Shown here in pieces: positions 1 to 14,792 of a DNA stretch of 64,000 bases. The DNA is from the human T2T-CHM13v2.0 reference genome, Homo sapiens: assembly GCF_009914755.1 (NCBI RefSeq), contig NC_060939.1; one strand, given 5' to 3'. The position numbers and the translations under genes were made by a program. The notes below the pieces were generated by a model that saw nothing but the letters and a program-made list of their open reading frames with translations, was not told the DNA's origin and did no database searches. Every line of letters starts with the position of its first letter. The first letter of the stretch is position 1.

Positions 1-254
1 TCATACCTACTAAATAGAAGGGTTTGGCTACAGTGGACTTAAGAGGGTTCCTGGGACTGACAGCCGGACCATGCAAAGGGTATTTGTCAAGAACAGTCCT
101 TGAAACCAGCAACCCAACATGCCTGTACTTCACTCTGAATTTGACAAGAGCAAGCTGACCATGGATCTGATGCCCAACATACAGTGAGGCCATAGGTACG
201 TTGGTCAGGGGTATGGGCTATGGTGGGAGACCTCCCAAGTTCTTTGGGACCTCA

Positions 255-430
255 GCTGGGCAAGTTATTTGCCCTCGCTCTGCCTCAGTATTCCCATATC
301 AATAATAGGGAAAATAATAGCACCTACTTGACAAAGATTCTAAGGTTGTTATGAGATTTAAATGAAGAAATATGTGTAAAATACTTAGCACAGTGCCTGG
401 CACATAGCCAGGGCTAGATAAATATTAGTA
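255..430 (+). mobile_element. MIR SINE fragment
   Basis: GGGCAAGTTATTT..CTCTGCCTCAGT core and GCACAGTGCCTGGCACATAG 3' end typical of MIR. Confidence 0.8.
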
Positions 431-1439
431 ATTAATAGAGTTGTTAAGTTCAGACATGGGTACAAATACCTTATCAAAATGAAAGGCTATACTTAATGGA
501 ACTGGTAAAAATCAGAATTTCATGTCCTTTGGCAATTTGCCTCAAGTTCTCTTCCCTGAGACCAGGCTCTGAAAAAAGGTACTGATTAATATGACACTAC
601 AGGAAGCTGATAGAAAGGTTTGCTCTCTTCTGTGCCAAGGTAGATAGAATGTGCTGGGCTGCAAATCTAAGGGGAAAATAAAGCCGATAATTCAACAAGT
701 GGTGTTATGACTGGTTCCATCACCATGAGCATTGAGCCCAGTTCAATATAAACCAGAGGCCGTTCTGGGCAAAAAGAAATGGGAATAATAAAACCTGCCT
801 CATTTGTTTGTACTGCCAGTTTTAGGCAATCAGTCAATCCAAAAAATATATTGAATGCCTATTGCGAGCAAACCATTAAATAATAACATTAGTAACTACC
901 ATTTGTTGGAAAGTTAATATAAGGTAGACATAGTGTTCTATATATCTACTGACCCAGTTCACAGCCACTTCCTCTACAAATTCTGATCTAAGTGTCCTCT
1001 GCTTCTGCCCACCCCGGTCCCAGCCAGAACTCCTCATTCCTGGCATTCAGCCCCACACATGAGCAATCCACATTGACCTGCAGCTGGTTATAAGCTCTTG
1101 GGTGCCCTACCAGATGAGATGCAGGCTCCTTTATAGTAGAGACATCCTAGAGTTCATGTCTTGCAAAATGAGCAACTCAACAGGCATCCCATACAATTAG
1201 ACAGTTAGAATTAATTAAAGAACAGAAATAGCAAAATATGACAGCATGGCACCTCCTATTTCAGTTCTGGAGTTTCTGCAAAGCACTTGGTAGCTAACAT
1301 TATGAGGGCAACCCCAGAGATGAGGCCAAAATACTCCTGGATCTCAATTTCCCCCTGGGTCAGTGGGTTATATAGAAATGCTCCTAGCTTCTGAAAATAT
1401 TGATGATGATGATGATGATGATAACAATAATAATAATAG

Positions 1440-1690
1440 CAGCAAACATTCAACAAGTGCTTACTATGTTTCAGGCATTGTGCTCTTTGCATGTATTTTT
1501 TTTTCCAAAGTGCAAGTGATTTTTGCACTTCCATGAGAAAGGTACTCTTAATATCACCATTTTGCAGATGAGAAAACTGAGGCTGAGAGAGATGTAGATC
1601 TTTGCCCACACCAAGCAGGTAGAAATTAACAGAGCTGGGATTTCAACTCCTATGTAGCTAACCTCAGAGCCCAAACACTTCCCTGTGCTT
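1440..1690 (-). mobile_element. MIR SINE
   Basis: CCATTTTGCAGATGAGAAAACTGAGGCT is the reverse MIR core. Confidence 0.8.
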
Positions 1691-2821
1691 TACAAAGCCA
1701 TGAACTGGCAGAGGGAAGGGGGAGGTGTTTTGTGTGAGGGTGTGGTGCATCCAGTGAGCTTAGATTCTGGTAATGAATGCCAATCCCAGGCCCTGTGGTA
1801 GACCCCCATGGCCTCAGCCTTCTGCAGAGGAACTCGAAGCTCTTTGCCAACAGTCTCTCTTCACCCTCCCCACCTCTCTATTGGAAAGAGATTAAAGAAG
1901 ATCTGTGCCACTTAAAAAATTAAACTGGGAGGAGTAGACAGATGGGGACATGTGGCATCTTAATGACCACATCCAAACAGTGCCACTGGTGAATCATTGG
2001 CAGTTCTAGGAGAAAAAGCACTTCCCAATTTTTGGACTGGACTCAAACTCAGATTCTAATAATGCAATTTCATATGAACAATCAAATAACATATTTCCTG
2101 GAAATATGAAATATATTCATTCAATGACCCTTGAAAACATCATCATCATTATAATCTTCATCATCACAGCATCTCCTTAGATTTGCATAGCGCTTCATGG
2201 AACCAAGCACTTTCACATTCACTGGCTCATTGCTTCCCTCTCCCAATCACTCTCTGACATAGATAAGGTAGGTGACAAGCCGCCCTTTCAATCGGTGATG
2301 AAACTAAGACCCAGTGAATTGCCCAAGTTCACTCAATCAACCAAACAACATGAGAACCCAGGATTTCCAGTGTATTCACCCAATACTGAGGCACCAGCCC
2401 TCTCTGGTTCCATGCTGCAAAATACCTAGACTGGGAAAGGAGGCATTTAAACGGGGCAGCCTCAAGGTTTTTAAAATCCAAAGTCAACGTTTTCCTCCCC
2501 TAGCAGCTGGAACAGACTTAGAGTTCAGGTTGTTGCCTTGATAAAGGAGAATCAGACTGAAAGGGACTTCTATCTTATCGTTCCCATTGTCACTAAGATG
2601 AGCCAACCGAAGCCACTGGCAAAGAAAAGTGCCCCGGCAGCAGGATAGTACTGCATGTAGGTTAAGGCATGACTTGTGGGCAAACTGGAGAGAAAGCAGG
2701 CAGTAGAAAGAAACAAAGGAGCATGGCAGGCCCCTGGGTTCTGCTGGTTAAGCCTCCTGGAGCTCTCAACTGAACAAATCAGTTAGGACAACGTGGGTGA
2801 AGCATTACAAGCACAGACTGT

Positions 2822-2825
<4 letters not shown>

Positions 2826-2852
<27 letters not shown>
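2826..2852. repeat. (TA)n microsatellite
   Basis: Direct read, about 13 units. Confidence 0.95.
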
Positions 2853-2856
<4 letters not shown>

Positions 2857-3534
2857 TTAATGTAGAACCTTGATCATATGGAAGAGTTAAAGAAATATGT
2901 GTATAAAATGGAAATAGAGCAAAATTTATGTCTTTTTATAGCCAATGATTCATGCAGAGTGATGGGCTTTAAATATTAATAATAAGAAAATTTTCAGGGC
3001 ATAGGTTGGAGATGAAGGGAGATGATAAAATTTCTCTATTTTTTTGTTCATGGTCCAAATGTAGAAAATTAAGTACAGTAAATATTCTACCTATGGTTAA
3101 CAGTACTTATGTAGTTTATTATCTGCCTCGGGGCCTTCGTTTCACTTGGGAACAAAGACACTGCTTCAATTTGATGCTGAGATCATAATTTAGAGCTGAG
3201 AAGAAACCTGTTTCAAGAATTAAAATAATCTCACATGAATTTCAAATATGACAAAAAGACTGCATTTTCACAGAAATGTGCTGCTCACTCGTTCCCTCCT
3301 TCCACAAAGCCTTAGCATGGTTCCGCATGGTCTGAGAATCTCTGAGGCAAGATAGCCTGTCCGGAAAACCCTTTGGCACTTTCTCAGTATCTCCCCATTG
3401 GGGTGACTCCACAGAGAGTCGACAACATGTTCTTCCTGGTTGGCTTAGGGTTGTGACAAAGTCCCTTCTGATGATCACCCTCACTTAAGCAATAATCTCA
3501 TTCATGTGGTATCAAGAACACAAAGAAATGTGTC

Positions 3535-4302
<768 letters not shown>

Positions 4303-4879
4303 TCAGGGAAATATGATCAGTGCCTTCCAGTGCCCTGCTCTGCCCCTGGGGGCTGTGAGCTGCCGGGAAAACCCTGACTCCCACTTCCAGCCACCCAGGG
4401 CTGCACCCATAGCCTCTTGCAGAACACCTTTTGAGCTGTTCCTAGTCCTTTGTCAAGCCCATTCAAAATGACTCCCAATATCTTTCTGAGGGAGGCGGAT
4501 TGCCCTCATTGCTCTCTTCTGTCTTTCTCTTCCTCTGTCTCTGATGATACGCTGGGAGATGCCTGCTGCCAGTATGGGGCTGACACACCACTGACACAGT
4601 GAATCACTTGCAAAGGAAAAGGGCGGGCCAGGGACGGAGAGCCGAGCAGATGCTCAGACCCCAGAAGCCACGGGGTGACAAAGCTCGCTCTCTCTGGGTG
4701 AGATCTCACTGGCTCTGCAAGCCAATCATTCTGCCTGGCAAGGGGAAGGCAAGAGCAGATGGCAGGAAGCACAGCTTGGGGCCTTGGACTTTGACAGGGT
4801 CAGGAGCAAGTGTGTAGGAACTTGGATCGCTTTGGCCAAAGGGGAAAGAGTCCAGAGTGGCAGGTAAGCACCAGGACTA

Positions 4880-5080
4880 CGACGTCAGACAGTTCTTGAG
4901 TTCAAATCCCACTTTCTCCATTGACTAGATGAGAGGCCTTGGGGAGGTTACTTAACGTCTCTCAGTTTTTTCACCAATCAAATGGTAATGATATGATAGC
5001 CAACCTCATAGGATTGTTTTGAGGGTTAAATGAATATGTGAAAAGTGTTTGGTATTTATTAGGTTGTTATCATAAGTGGG
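4880..5080 (+). mobile_element. MIR SINE
   Basis: GAGTTCAAATCCC...GGTTACTTAAC..CTCAGTTT..CCTCATAGGATTGTT. Confidence 0.75.
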
Positions 5081-5686
5081 ACTGAACATCTTTCCTCCAA
5101 AGGTCAAAGGTTAGTGCAAGTCCTAGGTCAAACAGGGGAAGTTCTGTCTGTGGGTCTCTCTCCTTTCCAGAAAGACCCCTAGTATTGGCATTTTTTAACT
5201 TCTTTTCCCAAAATTCTGGCCCAAAGCACACCTAGCACCACTACCCTCCACCATGCCCCAATGCCCGTTCCTGAGAACAGAACTATCCGGCTAACCCAGC
5301 AGAAGGACTCTTGAATGCACAGATATATCCATCCCCATCTGTTGCATCCTCCCCTAACCTGCCCACAAGCCACATGGCTGGAAGAGTCTGAAGCAGGGTC
5401 ATGTTCAGGAAAGCAATTTAAGAGCTACATGTCAGATTCCAGAAATCTCAATGTCATTGCACATGGGATGATGATGATGATAATTATCATGATGATGGAG
5501 GCAGTAAAGGGAGGACCTAGTTGTCAGCCAAGTGTCCACCTTCATTCTCCTCTGAGCCAGCAGAGAAAAATGTGGTACTCTAGCTTCTTCCAGAGATTTA
5601 GATGTTCACCATCAGCAGCAAGCTAATTGCAAAGCTGCAAGAAACATGGAAAGCCCACAGAAGGTGCATGGCCCCTTTATTTCACT

Positions 5687-5692
5687 CACACA

Positions 5693-5724
<32 letters not shown>
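5687..5724. repeat. (CA)n microsatellite
   Basis: Direct read, one interruption. Confidence 0.95.
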
Positions 5725-6352
5725 GCCCTCTGGCTACAGCCATTTAGAGCTCTCCTGGAAAAGAGAAAATCTTCCAGCAGCAATGGCAAGCAGAGGGCAG
5801 GAAAGGGGCTTGTGCCACTCCAAGAATTTGATGAGCACCCGATATCAACAGCATAAATAAGCCCTTTAATAAATTAGAGAGCTATCCATTTAAATGGATT
5901 CTGCAGTCCCTTCGGTGCCAGCTAATCTGTAATTCAGATAGATCAGCGATGGCTCTGCTGGGAGACAAGAGTCCAGAACATACAATGATTTTGTACCCCA
6001 AGCCAGGAGTTCACTTGGTAAGCAGTACACACATCCTACATGTTCATTTCATTGTTGCTCCTCTATCACCTATAAACCCCTAGTTATAGGCACACACCTG
6101 AAACAAAATGCACATTATTCCAGGCCCATATAAATATTCTCCATGCATGCTTCACTCTGCACATGCTCCACTCATATTCCACTCTGTGCACAGCTCCAAA
6201 CTCTCTGGCAAGCACCCCCAGGCACCTCAATCAACACAGGACAAGGAACATGCCGCCGGGAAGTTTGCACCATTTTCCAGAACACCCATCGTGTGTGCAG
6301 TGAGACCTGCTTCTACCCAGAGCTATGGTCGGGGGATAAAGAGGACACTAGG

Positions 6353-6678
6353 TGTTACAAGCTAAATTGTGACCCCCCCTAAAATTTATATGTTAATGTT
6401 ATAACACCCAGGGCCTCAAAATGTAACTGGATTTGGAGAAAAGGTCTTTAAGGGGATAACTAGGTTAAAATGAGGTCATTAGGGCAAGCCCTAACCCAAT
6501 GTCACTGGTGTCCTTTTTAGAAGAACAGGAGTTTAGGACTAGACAGACACAAAGGGAAGGCCATGTGAAGATACAATGAGAAGAGCCCAGAAGAGAGGCA
6601 TTCGAAGAAACCAACCCTACCACTACCTTGAGCTTGAACTCCAGAATAGATTTCTGTTGTTAAAGCCACCGAGTCTGG
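6353..6678 (+). mobile_element. MLT1A-like MaLR LTR
   Basis: TGTTA start; GGTTAAAATGAGGTCATTAGGG..CCCTAA..CTGGTGTCCTT; TTTCTGTTGTTAAAGCCACC near the 3' end. Confidence 0.8.
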
Positions 6679-6699
6679 AAGGTCATGGAAGCCTCCTCA

Positions 6700-7137
<438 letters not shown>

Positions 7138-8563
7138 TCAAGGAACAGTGAGGGGGCTAGCGTGACTGAGGGGAAGTGACCAGTGGCAAGATAAGGGGGA
7201 GACAGGGTAGAGAGGCAGCCCCAAGCCAGGCCGTGCATGACCATGGGGACCATCCAGAAGAGCAGGCACTTTGATGGGAAGCCCTTGGAACTGAGCACGG
7301 GGGAACAGCAGGAGCTAATTGTCCCTTACATCACATGGCTCAGGCTGCTGTGTGCAGAACAGACCATGAGTTGGGGTAGAAGTGGAAGCAAGAAGCCCCA
7401 GTCACAGGCTATTTTCATCACCCAGGAAAGAAAAGAAGGAGGCATAATCCAAGTGTAAGAAGTTATTTTTGCTCAAAAAATATTTACTTTTAGCCATTGG
7501 TATCATCTTAAATTTACTATCAATATATCCCCAAATTTCAAAGTGGGTTATTTTTGCACCTTGATATCAGACAAGGGTTGTCTGATGTTTCTCTCCTCTT
7601 TCCTCTTTCCCTTTTTTTTTCAACTATTAAAATAGTCTTCACTAAGAAAAAAAAGTTGTTTTTAATTTGTTCATCTACTTCCATTTTTTCAGGTACTTCA
7701 TTGATTTTTATGTTGAAATATTTAATACTTCAAAAAGAGACCCCCTTGTTGAGCGGCTTTCAAATCTGGCATCAGGTAATAACTTGTTTGCCAAGAAAGT
7801 CAGCTTACCCCCAACCAACTAAAAGAAAAAAAACAATAATTCATTAGAGATGCTTTTAATAAAGGTAAAATAAATGAATAAATTTAACTTTCACCTGACC
7901 ATGAAATCTGGACTTGCAACAGGAAAAGAGTACGGTCAAGTTTGAATGCTTATCCATCAAATGGAGCTCCGAGGAGGGAGCCCTGCCACGGCCTCACTCC
8001 CGCCACTAAATGAATTGTCTACTTGACCCCCAGTGGTCAGAAGGGACACGGAATGCTTGTGCTGCCCTCCACAAGGTGTGGGGTGGGTCAGCCCGTGGCT
8101 GCTAAGAGCATCTTGAATGCAGGCCCACAACAGGTTAGAATAGGCTGATAATACAGAGAAGCGGCACAGAGCAGGAGCAGGAGCAGAGTGGCAGCCGGAA
8201 CCCATGTGGCATGCCTGGCTGGAGAGGATGGGCCCACGGACACTCACGCCCCCGCAGGGCGAGGGCTCACTAAGCCAGTCCTTCCCACTTCCTGCTTCTT
8301 CATCTGGTGCCTGGCAGGGTGGCGAACTCAGGCCAGAGCAGACGTCAGAGAGGCTGGGCTGGTTCCAGGGCCCGGAGGCTCCGTTCTGGAACCCTTTCTT
8401 AGAGTCCCCTGTGAGGCAGGAGAGCTTCATGGAGAAAATGCCAGTCTGTGGAGGCAGTCAGAGCTGGGCTTGGGACTCAGCTCTGCCTCTTCCTCATGCT
8501 GTGGCCTCAGTTTCCTTTCTGAGCCTCAGGCCCCTTATCCATCAAACGGGGGTAATAATAGGA

Positions 8564-8886
8564 CAATCGACCTTCGGTATCTGTGGGTTCCACATCTGCA
8601 GATTCAGCCAACCGCAGATCAAAAATATTTGGAAAAAAATAAAAATTAACAAAATAAAAAATCATACAAATTTTTTAAAAATACAAGATAACAACTATTT
8701 ACGTAGCGCTTACATTGTATTAAGTTTTATACATAATCTAGAGATGATTTAAAGTCTCCGGGAGGATGTGTGTAGGTTATATGCAAATACTGTACCATTT
8801 TACATCAGGGACTTGAGCATCCATCATCCGCAGAACGGGGAGGTGGGTTCTGGAACCATTCCCTCATGAATACTGAGGGACAACTG
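8564..8886 (-). mobile_element. MER2-like TcMar-Tigger MITE nested in a MIR
   Basis: Terminal inverted repeats CAATCGACCTTCGGTATC / AATACTGAGGGACAACTG; internal ATCTAGAGATGATTTAAAG..GTAGGTTATATGCAAATAC; MIR-like sequence on both sides (~8450-8960). Confidence 0.8.
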
Positions 8887-8989
8887 TAGTATATCCCACA
8901 GAGGTGTGTTACAAGGATGAAAGTGTTTTGCGCAAGAAGTACTCCATAAATGATAACAGTTTCTGGCATTGACTAGCAGGTGCCTCCTA

Positions 8990-9390
8990 CCCCTTTCCCA
9001 TTGTTATTAGCTGAGCACATGTCTTCCCAACATAAAGACTACATTTCCCACCTCCCCTTGCAGCCAATGGGATATAAACAGAAGTCTTGGCTAGTAATTC
9101 CTAGGAAGTCTCCCTAAATAGGATGAAGTAGGCCTATCTCTGCCCTCCTTCCCTCCTGCACATGAAATGCTGATGCAATGGCTGGAGCCCTAGCTGCCAA
9201 TTTAGCCAATGAAGCTACAAGGTAAAGATGGCAGAGCCCCTAGATAAAAGGACCCCGATGATCACCAAACCAAAATAAAAACCTTGGACTGCCTATTTCC
9301 AAACCTCTTTTTCACAAAACAGAAGTAAATGTCCATTTTCAAAAAGCCATTGTTATTTGGAGCTTCTCTGCTACTCACAGCCAAATGAAT
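8990..9390 (+). mobile_element. old MLT1 (J/K-like) LTR
   Basis: GACTACATTTCCCA..CCCTTGCAG, GATGCAATGGCTGGAGC..AGCTGCCA, AAGCCATTGTTATTTGG motifs. Confidence 0.6.
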
Positions 9391-10069
9391 TCTATCTTTA
9401 TTATCATTTCTGTCATTGCTTCCATTACTATTTTTGTTAGAAGGGTGAGAACATTGCTTTCCTTGGGCTACTGAGGGTCAGCCCTGGGTTTCTCTCTTCA
9501 TATGCCCACTCTATCAGCTTCCCCTGTGCCAAAGGCCAAAGGCCCCCCATTCTAGAATCCTAGGCATTTGAACTTCTGATTATCTTGTTTCCTTCATGTA
9601 AAGATGTGTGGTGAGTAGGGGGGCTTCCCCATCCCCCTCACCCACACACACACTTTCAGTGCTTTGGGGATGGGGGTAACAGCCAAGTTCCTTATGCTGT
9701 GGTTCAACACTGGGCTCCATCCCTTGGACAGATTACTGAACTCAGCTCATCTATAAACCTGGGGTGCAACTCCCTTATTTGTTTGCTGTGAAGATTAATT
9801 CAGGTGAAGTGTTAAGAGTGCTTGGTGCTTCATAGGAGCACATAGTGAGTGCTCCATACCTGCCAGTGATGTCAACAATGACGATGACAAGGATGAAGAT
9901 AAGCCCTGCCCGACATCATTTCTTGCTTTCCAGTCACCAACTCATGCAAGCATCAAGGCCAGACAGAGCTGTTGGTGGCTCTCTAAACTGTCCTGTTCTC
10001 TCAAGTCTCCCATTTTTACAAATTTCCAATCTGTCTGAAGACAGCTTCTCTCACTAATGGATTCTGTAT

Positions 10070-10422
10070 GTCCCTGAACACTCAGCCCAGAAGCCACTTT
10101 TCTCAGGAGGCCTTTGTGGACAACCCGTGTTCCCCACTGGGTGTCTCTCTGCTGTGATCGCAGAGCCCTGGCTGGTGGCTGTCAGAACTCTTAGCACTGT
10201 AGCTGGTCCTCACCTCATGACCCGCCTGCCTTCTCCTGGAGACTGAGCTATCCTGGGACAGTGAGTGTGTCCATCACATCTGTAGCTAGAACTGAGCACT
10301 GAACCAGGCCTCTAGCAGGCACATATCTATTTTATCTTATGGCTCCAATGCCTGGCACCGTTTCCATCTCGCATGTGGTGGTGTTCAATGGATACGTGTT
10401 GAATAGGTGGAAGAATGAATGA
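10070..10422 (+). mobile_element. L2 3' end
   Basis: CAATGCCTGGCAC...GAATGAATGAA tail. Confidence 0.6.
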
Positions 10423-10534
10423 ACCACTCCCCACAACTTCTTTTCTCCTGTCATGAAAGGCCAAATAACCTGGAGCTCAGAAGAAACAGATGAATTGGAT
10501 GAAAATAGAACTACTTTTGCTTCTGTCTTGGTCA

Positions 10535-10983
10535 CTGTAGTGACTTGTACAGTGTCTTCTGCTCCCAAAAGACATATGTCCACCTCAAACCTCAGAATGT
10601 GACCTTATCTGGAAATAGAGTCTTTGTAGATATAATTAAAATAAGGATTGGGATGAGATCGTACAGGGTTAGATCAGGCCCTAAAGCCAACAACAGATGT
10701 CCTTATAAAAGACAGAAAAGGACACAGAGACACAGAGAAGAAGGTCAGGTGAGACAGAGGCAGAGAGTGGGGTGATACAGATATAAGCTAAGAAATGTCT
10801 GGGCCACTGGAAGCTGAAAGAGACAAAGACAGATTTCTCTTAAAAAGCCTTTGGCAGGAGCATGGCTCTGCTGATATCTTACTTTAAACTCCTAGCCTTC
10901 AAAACAGTAAGAGAATACATTTCCATTGTTTTAAGCCATGCTGTTTGCAGTAATTTGTTATGGCTGCCTTAAAAATCTAATAC
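10535..10983 (+). mobile_element. MLT1B/C MaLR LTR
   Basis: GAATGTGACCTTATCTGGAAATAGAGTCTTTG; TGTTTTAAGCCA..GTAATTTGTTATGGCTGCC..CTAATAC end. Confidence 0.85.
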
Positions 10984-13900
10984 CATCACCTAGAGATGGA
11001 CCAACTGATTTTATAGCTCGTCCTTCAAGGCCACACCCTTCCTTACTCCAGCTGCAAACTTCACATCGACAACCTCCACATTCTCTACTGTTGGTTCTTT
11101 TTTTTTCTCTAATGCACTGTCCCATTTTACACTCCCACAGCCTCATCAAGTAGGTTCTACAATTATCCCTTTTCACAGATCATGACACTAAGTCTCATGG
11201 AGGTTGGTGAATTTGCTCCATCATGCATGGCTAGGACTCTGGTCTAGGTCTGTCTGGTTTCTATGCCCATAGCTACCACATTGTAACTTCCAGTGCCCCC
11301 TCCACTGCAGTCCAGAGCGAGAGGGTGGACATGACAGAACCAAGGAGCTTTCAAGAAGAGCCTAAACTTAGCTCAAAAGAGGTTATGGGGGTCTCTGCTG
11401 CTGAGGTCCCAGTCCCATTCTAGACTCAGTGTCTGTTCTTCACTTTAGGGCTCCCTGCCTCCTTCACCCTTACCCACATGCAATGAGCTAAATGAACCTC
11501 AACACATAGTTTCCTGACAGTTGAGAGGGAGGAAGGAATTGTAAGTAAGAATAATACTTGCAGACTGAGGGCTTTCTAAGCACAGAGATCTCATCTTGCT
11601 TTTCTTCGTATCTCCAAAGCCTGGCTCATTTGCAGGTACATAACATATGCTTGATAACAAGTTTTTGTACTGAATCAAGATCTATGACAACTATGTGACG
11701 ATAACTAACCCCAGTATGGCTCAGTAGTGTTCCCTGAATTTTACAGGCACCAATTCAAGCTCCAGGATTGTATTTCCTCTACCCATGATAGAAAGAGGGT
11801 AGAGGTCACCTTAGCACCTCACTGATAGGAGGCCAACCAAGCACTGAAAGTTCTGGCCCTATCCTCTGTCCACAGGATCATGGTCCTACCCACCACCAGG
11901 AGCATCCAACACCAGGGGAAGAAATCCATATAATCATAGCTTCTAGCTCTCTAGCAGAAAACGTTCTTCTTAGTCCTGTTTCCAGTTCAGAGCACTTTAA
12001 GACTAAAGTCAAAAGTAAGCAAGGTAGAACCTTGAAAAGCCCATATGGTCCCTGTCCCCAAATCAGGTGGTTTGAGGCTCTGCTTGGTGACCAGATGGTT
12101 GCTTAGGGCTACCCATTCTCTGGGACACCCTCCCTCCTGCCTGGAGTGGAGGGAGGGGTGTTCCACACAGCCAGGACTGGGCAGATACCCCAGAATATTG
12201 CTGGAGAAGAACCTATACCCCTACCAGATGCCATCTGGATGACTGTCCCCATGATTTTTGTTCTCATAAATCCTCTGGGTACAAGTCCAGCTAGAAACTT
12301 GATTAGCCAAGTTCCTATTAGAAAAGTTCTTTGGAACTGTTTCCGTCTTATTTATGGGAACCTCTCTTATGTACAAACAGGTAAGGAATTTTAACTCCAC
12401 AGGAGATGTGTACCTAAAGTTCTCTGTTGAACTGGCTGATCTGAAACTCTCTAATAAGGTAGTGTTAGTACCTGTTGAGTTTCTCCAGTATACCCCTTGT
12501 CTGATCCTCTTCATGCCTCATGAATCACATCATCATAAGCCTTGTCAAACAAAGAAAGAGAGACCTTGATTTACAGAGGAAGTTGACTTTGCCAAAATGG
12601 CCTACTGTCAGGGCTAAGCCCTGAAAAGCACATCTGGGCCTTATGACATTTTAGAGAACGCCATAGTAACTAAATCATGTGTAGAAGGCAAAACTCCTGA
12701 TACAAAAGCAGCAACTATCTGGGTTTTTTCTCCCCTATGGAGAGATAACTGTAGCTTGGCTTTTTAGCATAAACTATTTTAATGTCAATTCTCTGATGAT
12801 AAAGACCTTGCTTTTTCTATTCTCCATAGTCCCTAACTCACCCCAGAACAAGGCTAGATATTCAATGGGCACGTCAGACATGTAGGGAGAATGATGGGTA
12901 GTTGGCCATTAAAGACAAGTTCCTCCTCCATGACAGTAGATATCTCTCCCTTTCATCTGGGAAAGGAGAGTAAGATACTGAGATGGGATCACCATCTGGA
13001 TGTGAAGGTCACACTTAATGATTGCAGATCCCCTTCCTACTCAGTTGTTTCAATAAAGAGCTGAAAGCCCATAGAGAAATGGACACACAGCCCTGCCTTT
13101 CTGAATCACACCCACAGCTCTCTTCTGCCCATTTCGTAGGCCCTTGAATGAAAAATTCCACAGCCAAACAGTATAGGAACATTTGTCCAACAGAACTGCA
13201 AAGTCCTCCCAGCAGCCTCCTGGATGGACAGGGAAGAGAAGAACAGAGACAAGGGAGGGGAGAAGCACATATGAGTGAGTGCCTCTCCCAAGCTTATCCC
13301 AGCTGTCCATCACCCGCCCTGAGGACCTGCAGGCAGAGCCTTGGCCAATCCCATGTTCAATCACAGTAGAGCCATGATCGTCAAAGACAGGAACAGTGCC
13401 AGCCTGGGATGGACTTTCTTCTCTGTGGTTCTTACATTGGGCAGCAACCTCCTGACATATGCCCCCATTCCCCACTCTTGTACAGGCAGCCTGCCAAAAT
13501 AATGATTCACCTACACAGGTCAGTTAGTAGGGTGGCTGGAAAGGCCTGATCCTTACTCCTCTTTCCAAGTAGTTCCTTTCTCCCAGGCTCCACTGGCCCT
13601 TCCACATTCCTGCATCAACTTAAAAGGCTCAACCTTGCCACATTCTCCCAGGTCTGCCTTCATCATCCCCCATCCCACTCCAGCCCTACTGACACAGTCC
13701 TCAATTAATCCCACTCACTCCTTCTACCCAGTGTACAGCATGGCTTCTGGAAGTATGCAAGCTGCCTGTGTATTTCAGACCTTCCCTTGGATCAGTTCCA
13801 TGCAACACGTGGTGCTGAGGGCTCAGTCCCATTCAGCACAGCCCCTCAGAGTTGTACAGACTCCCACATGCCATTTTTTTTCACTTCCTCAATATTATTC

Positions 13901-14792
13901 TACTATCTGTGAAGTCTATATATTTATCCACAGAGTCTCCTATTGAGCATAACTCCCTACAATAATTATCTATGGTTTCCATGTATTTATCTCTGGTATC
14001 TATTTAGATAGAATATCTACCATCCCTCCTGGATCTATTTTCATGTCTCTCTCTGTCTATAGTATTTATCTCTATTTTAACATGACTGCCTATTTTTTTT
14101 AACCCTCAAACTGGGACAGTTCCCAGGGGGATGGGTTTTGCCTGCAGTTAAAAGCACGATGTGATTCTACACGTGCTCAGCAGCTAAATTTGTGGTGGGT
14201 CAGAGCAGCAGTGCTTGTTCAGCAGAAACATATGAACTTGGGAAAACCAAGAGGTCAGAGAGGACGTGGGAGGGGGCTGAAGGCTCTCTAGACCTGCCCT
14301 GGATGAGTCCACCCATGTGAAGGAAGGTGGGGAGAAAAGAGGCCAAAGTTGGTAGAATCTAAATGCACATTCTGGGTTCAAATCCCAGCTCTACCTCTTA
14401 TTTGAGCTCTCAGTCTCAATTTTCTATAAAATGAGAATCCTGTAAGTCCCTAAGTCACAAGATTGAGGTCAAGATTAAGTGTAATATACATGAAAAGTCC
14501 TTGACACAGGACTTGATGGAGAGCAAGTGCTCACTAATGAAGACTACTGCTCTTCACATGTTGTTATTATCCTCATTATGTTGTTATACCTTTTACAGCA
14601 GTTTTTTACAGGATCCACATCTTACGGGCTGTGACTATCTTAGGAAAGAGAATTACCTACATGTATATTCCTACCTCAGGAATAGAGTGGATACTGGGCA
14701 AATGTTTAATGACTAAACATAACTACCTAGACTCTTTCTTTAAGTGATACAAGAAAGAAAAGGTGAGGATACAGAACACTATTAAGGTTTAT

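Noticed and set aside
1256-1609. ORF with poly-Tyr/His run
   Set aside because: Derived from a (GAT/AAT)n low-complexity tract and a MIR.
1900-2080. Possible L3 fragment (LNDHIQTV)
   Set aside because: One weak motif; cannot be supported without an HMM search.
3242-3484. Possible minus-strand CR1 fragment
   Set aside because: Similarity is too weak and no DF.KAFD equivalent follows.
12146-12394. RLIYGNLSYVQTGKEF as a Gypsy integrase remnant
   Set aside because: Only a vague likeness to FG.P..I.SD.G.EF; catalytic residues and neighbouring motifs are absent.
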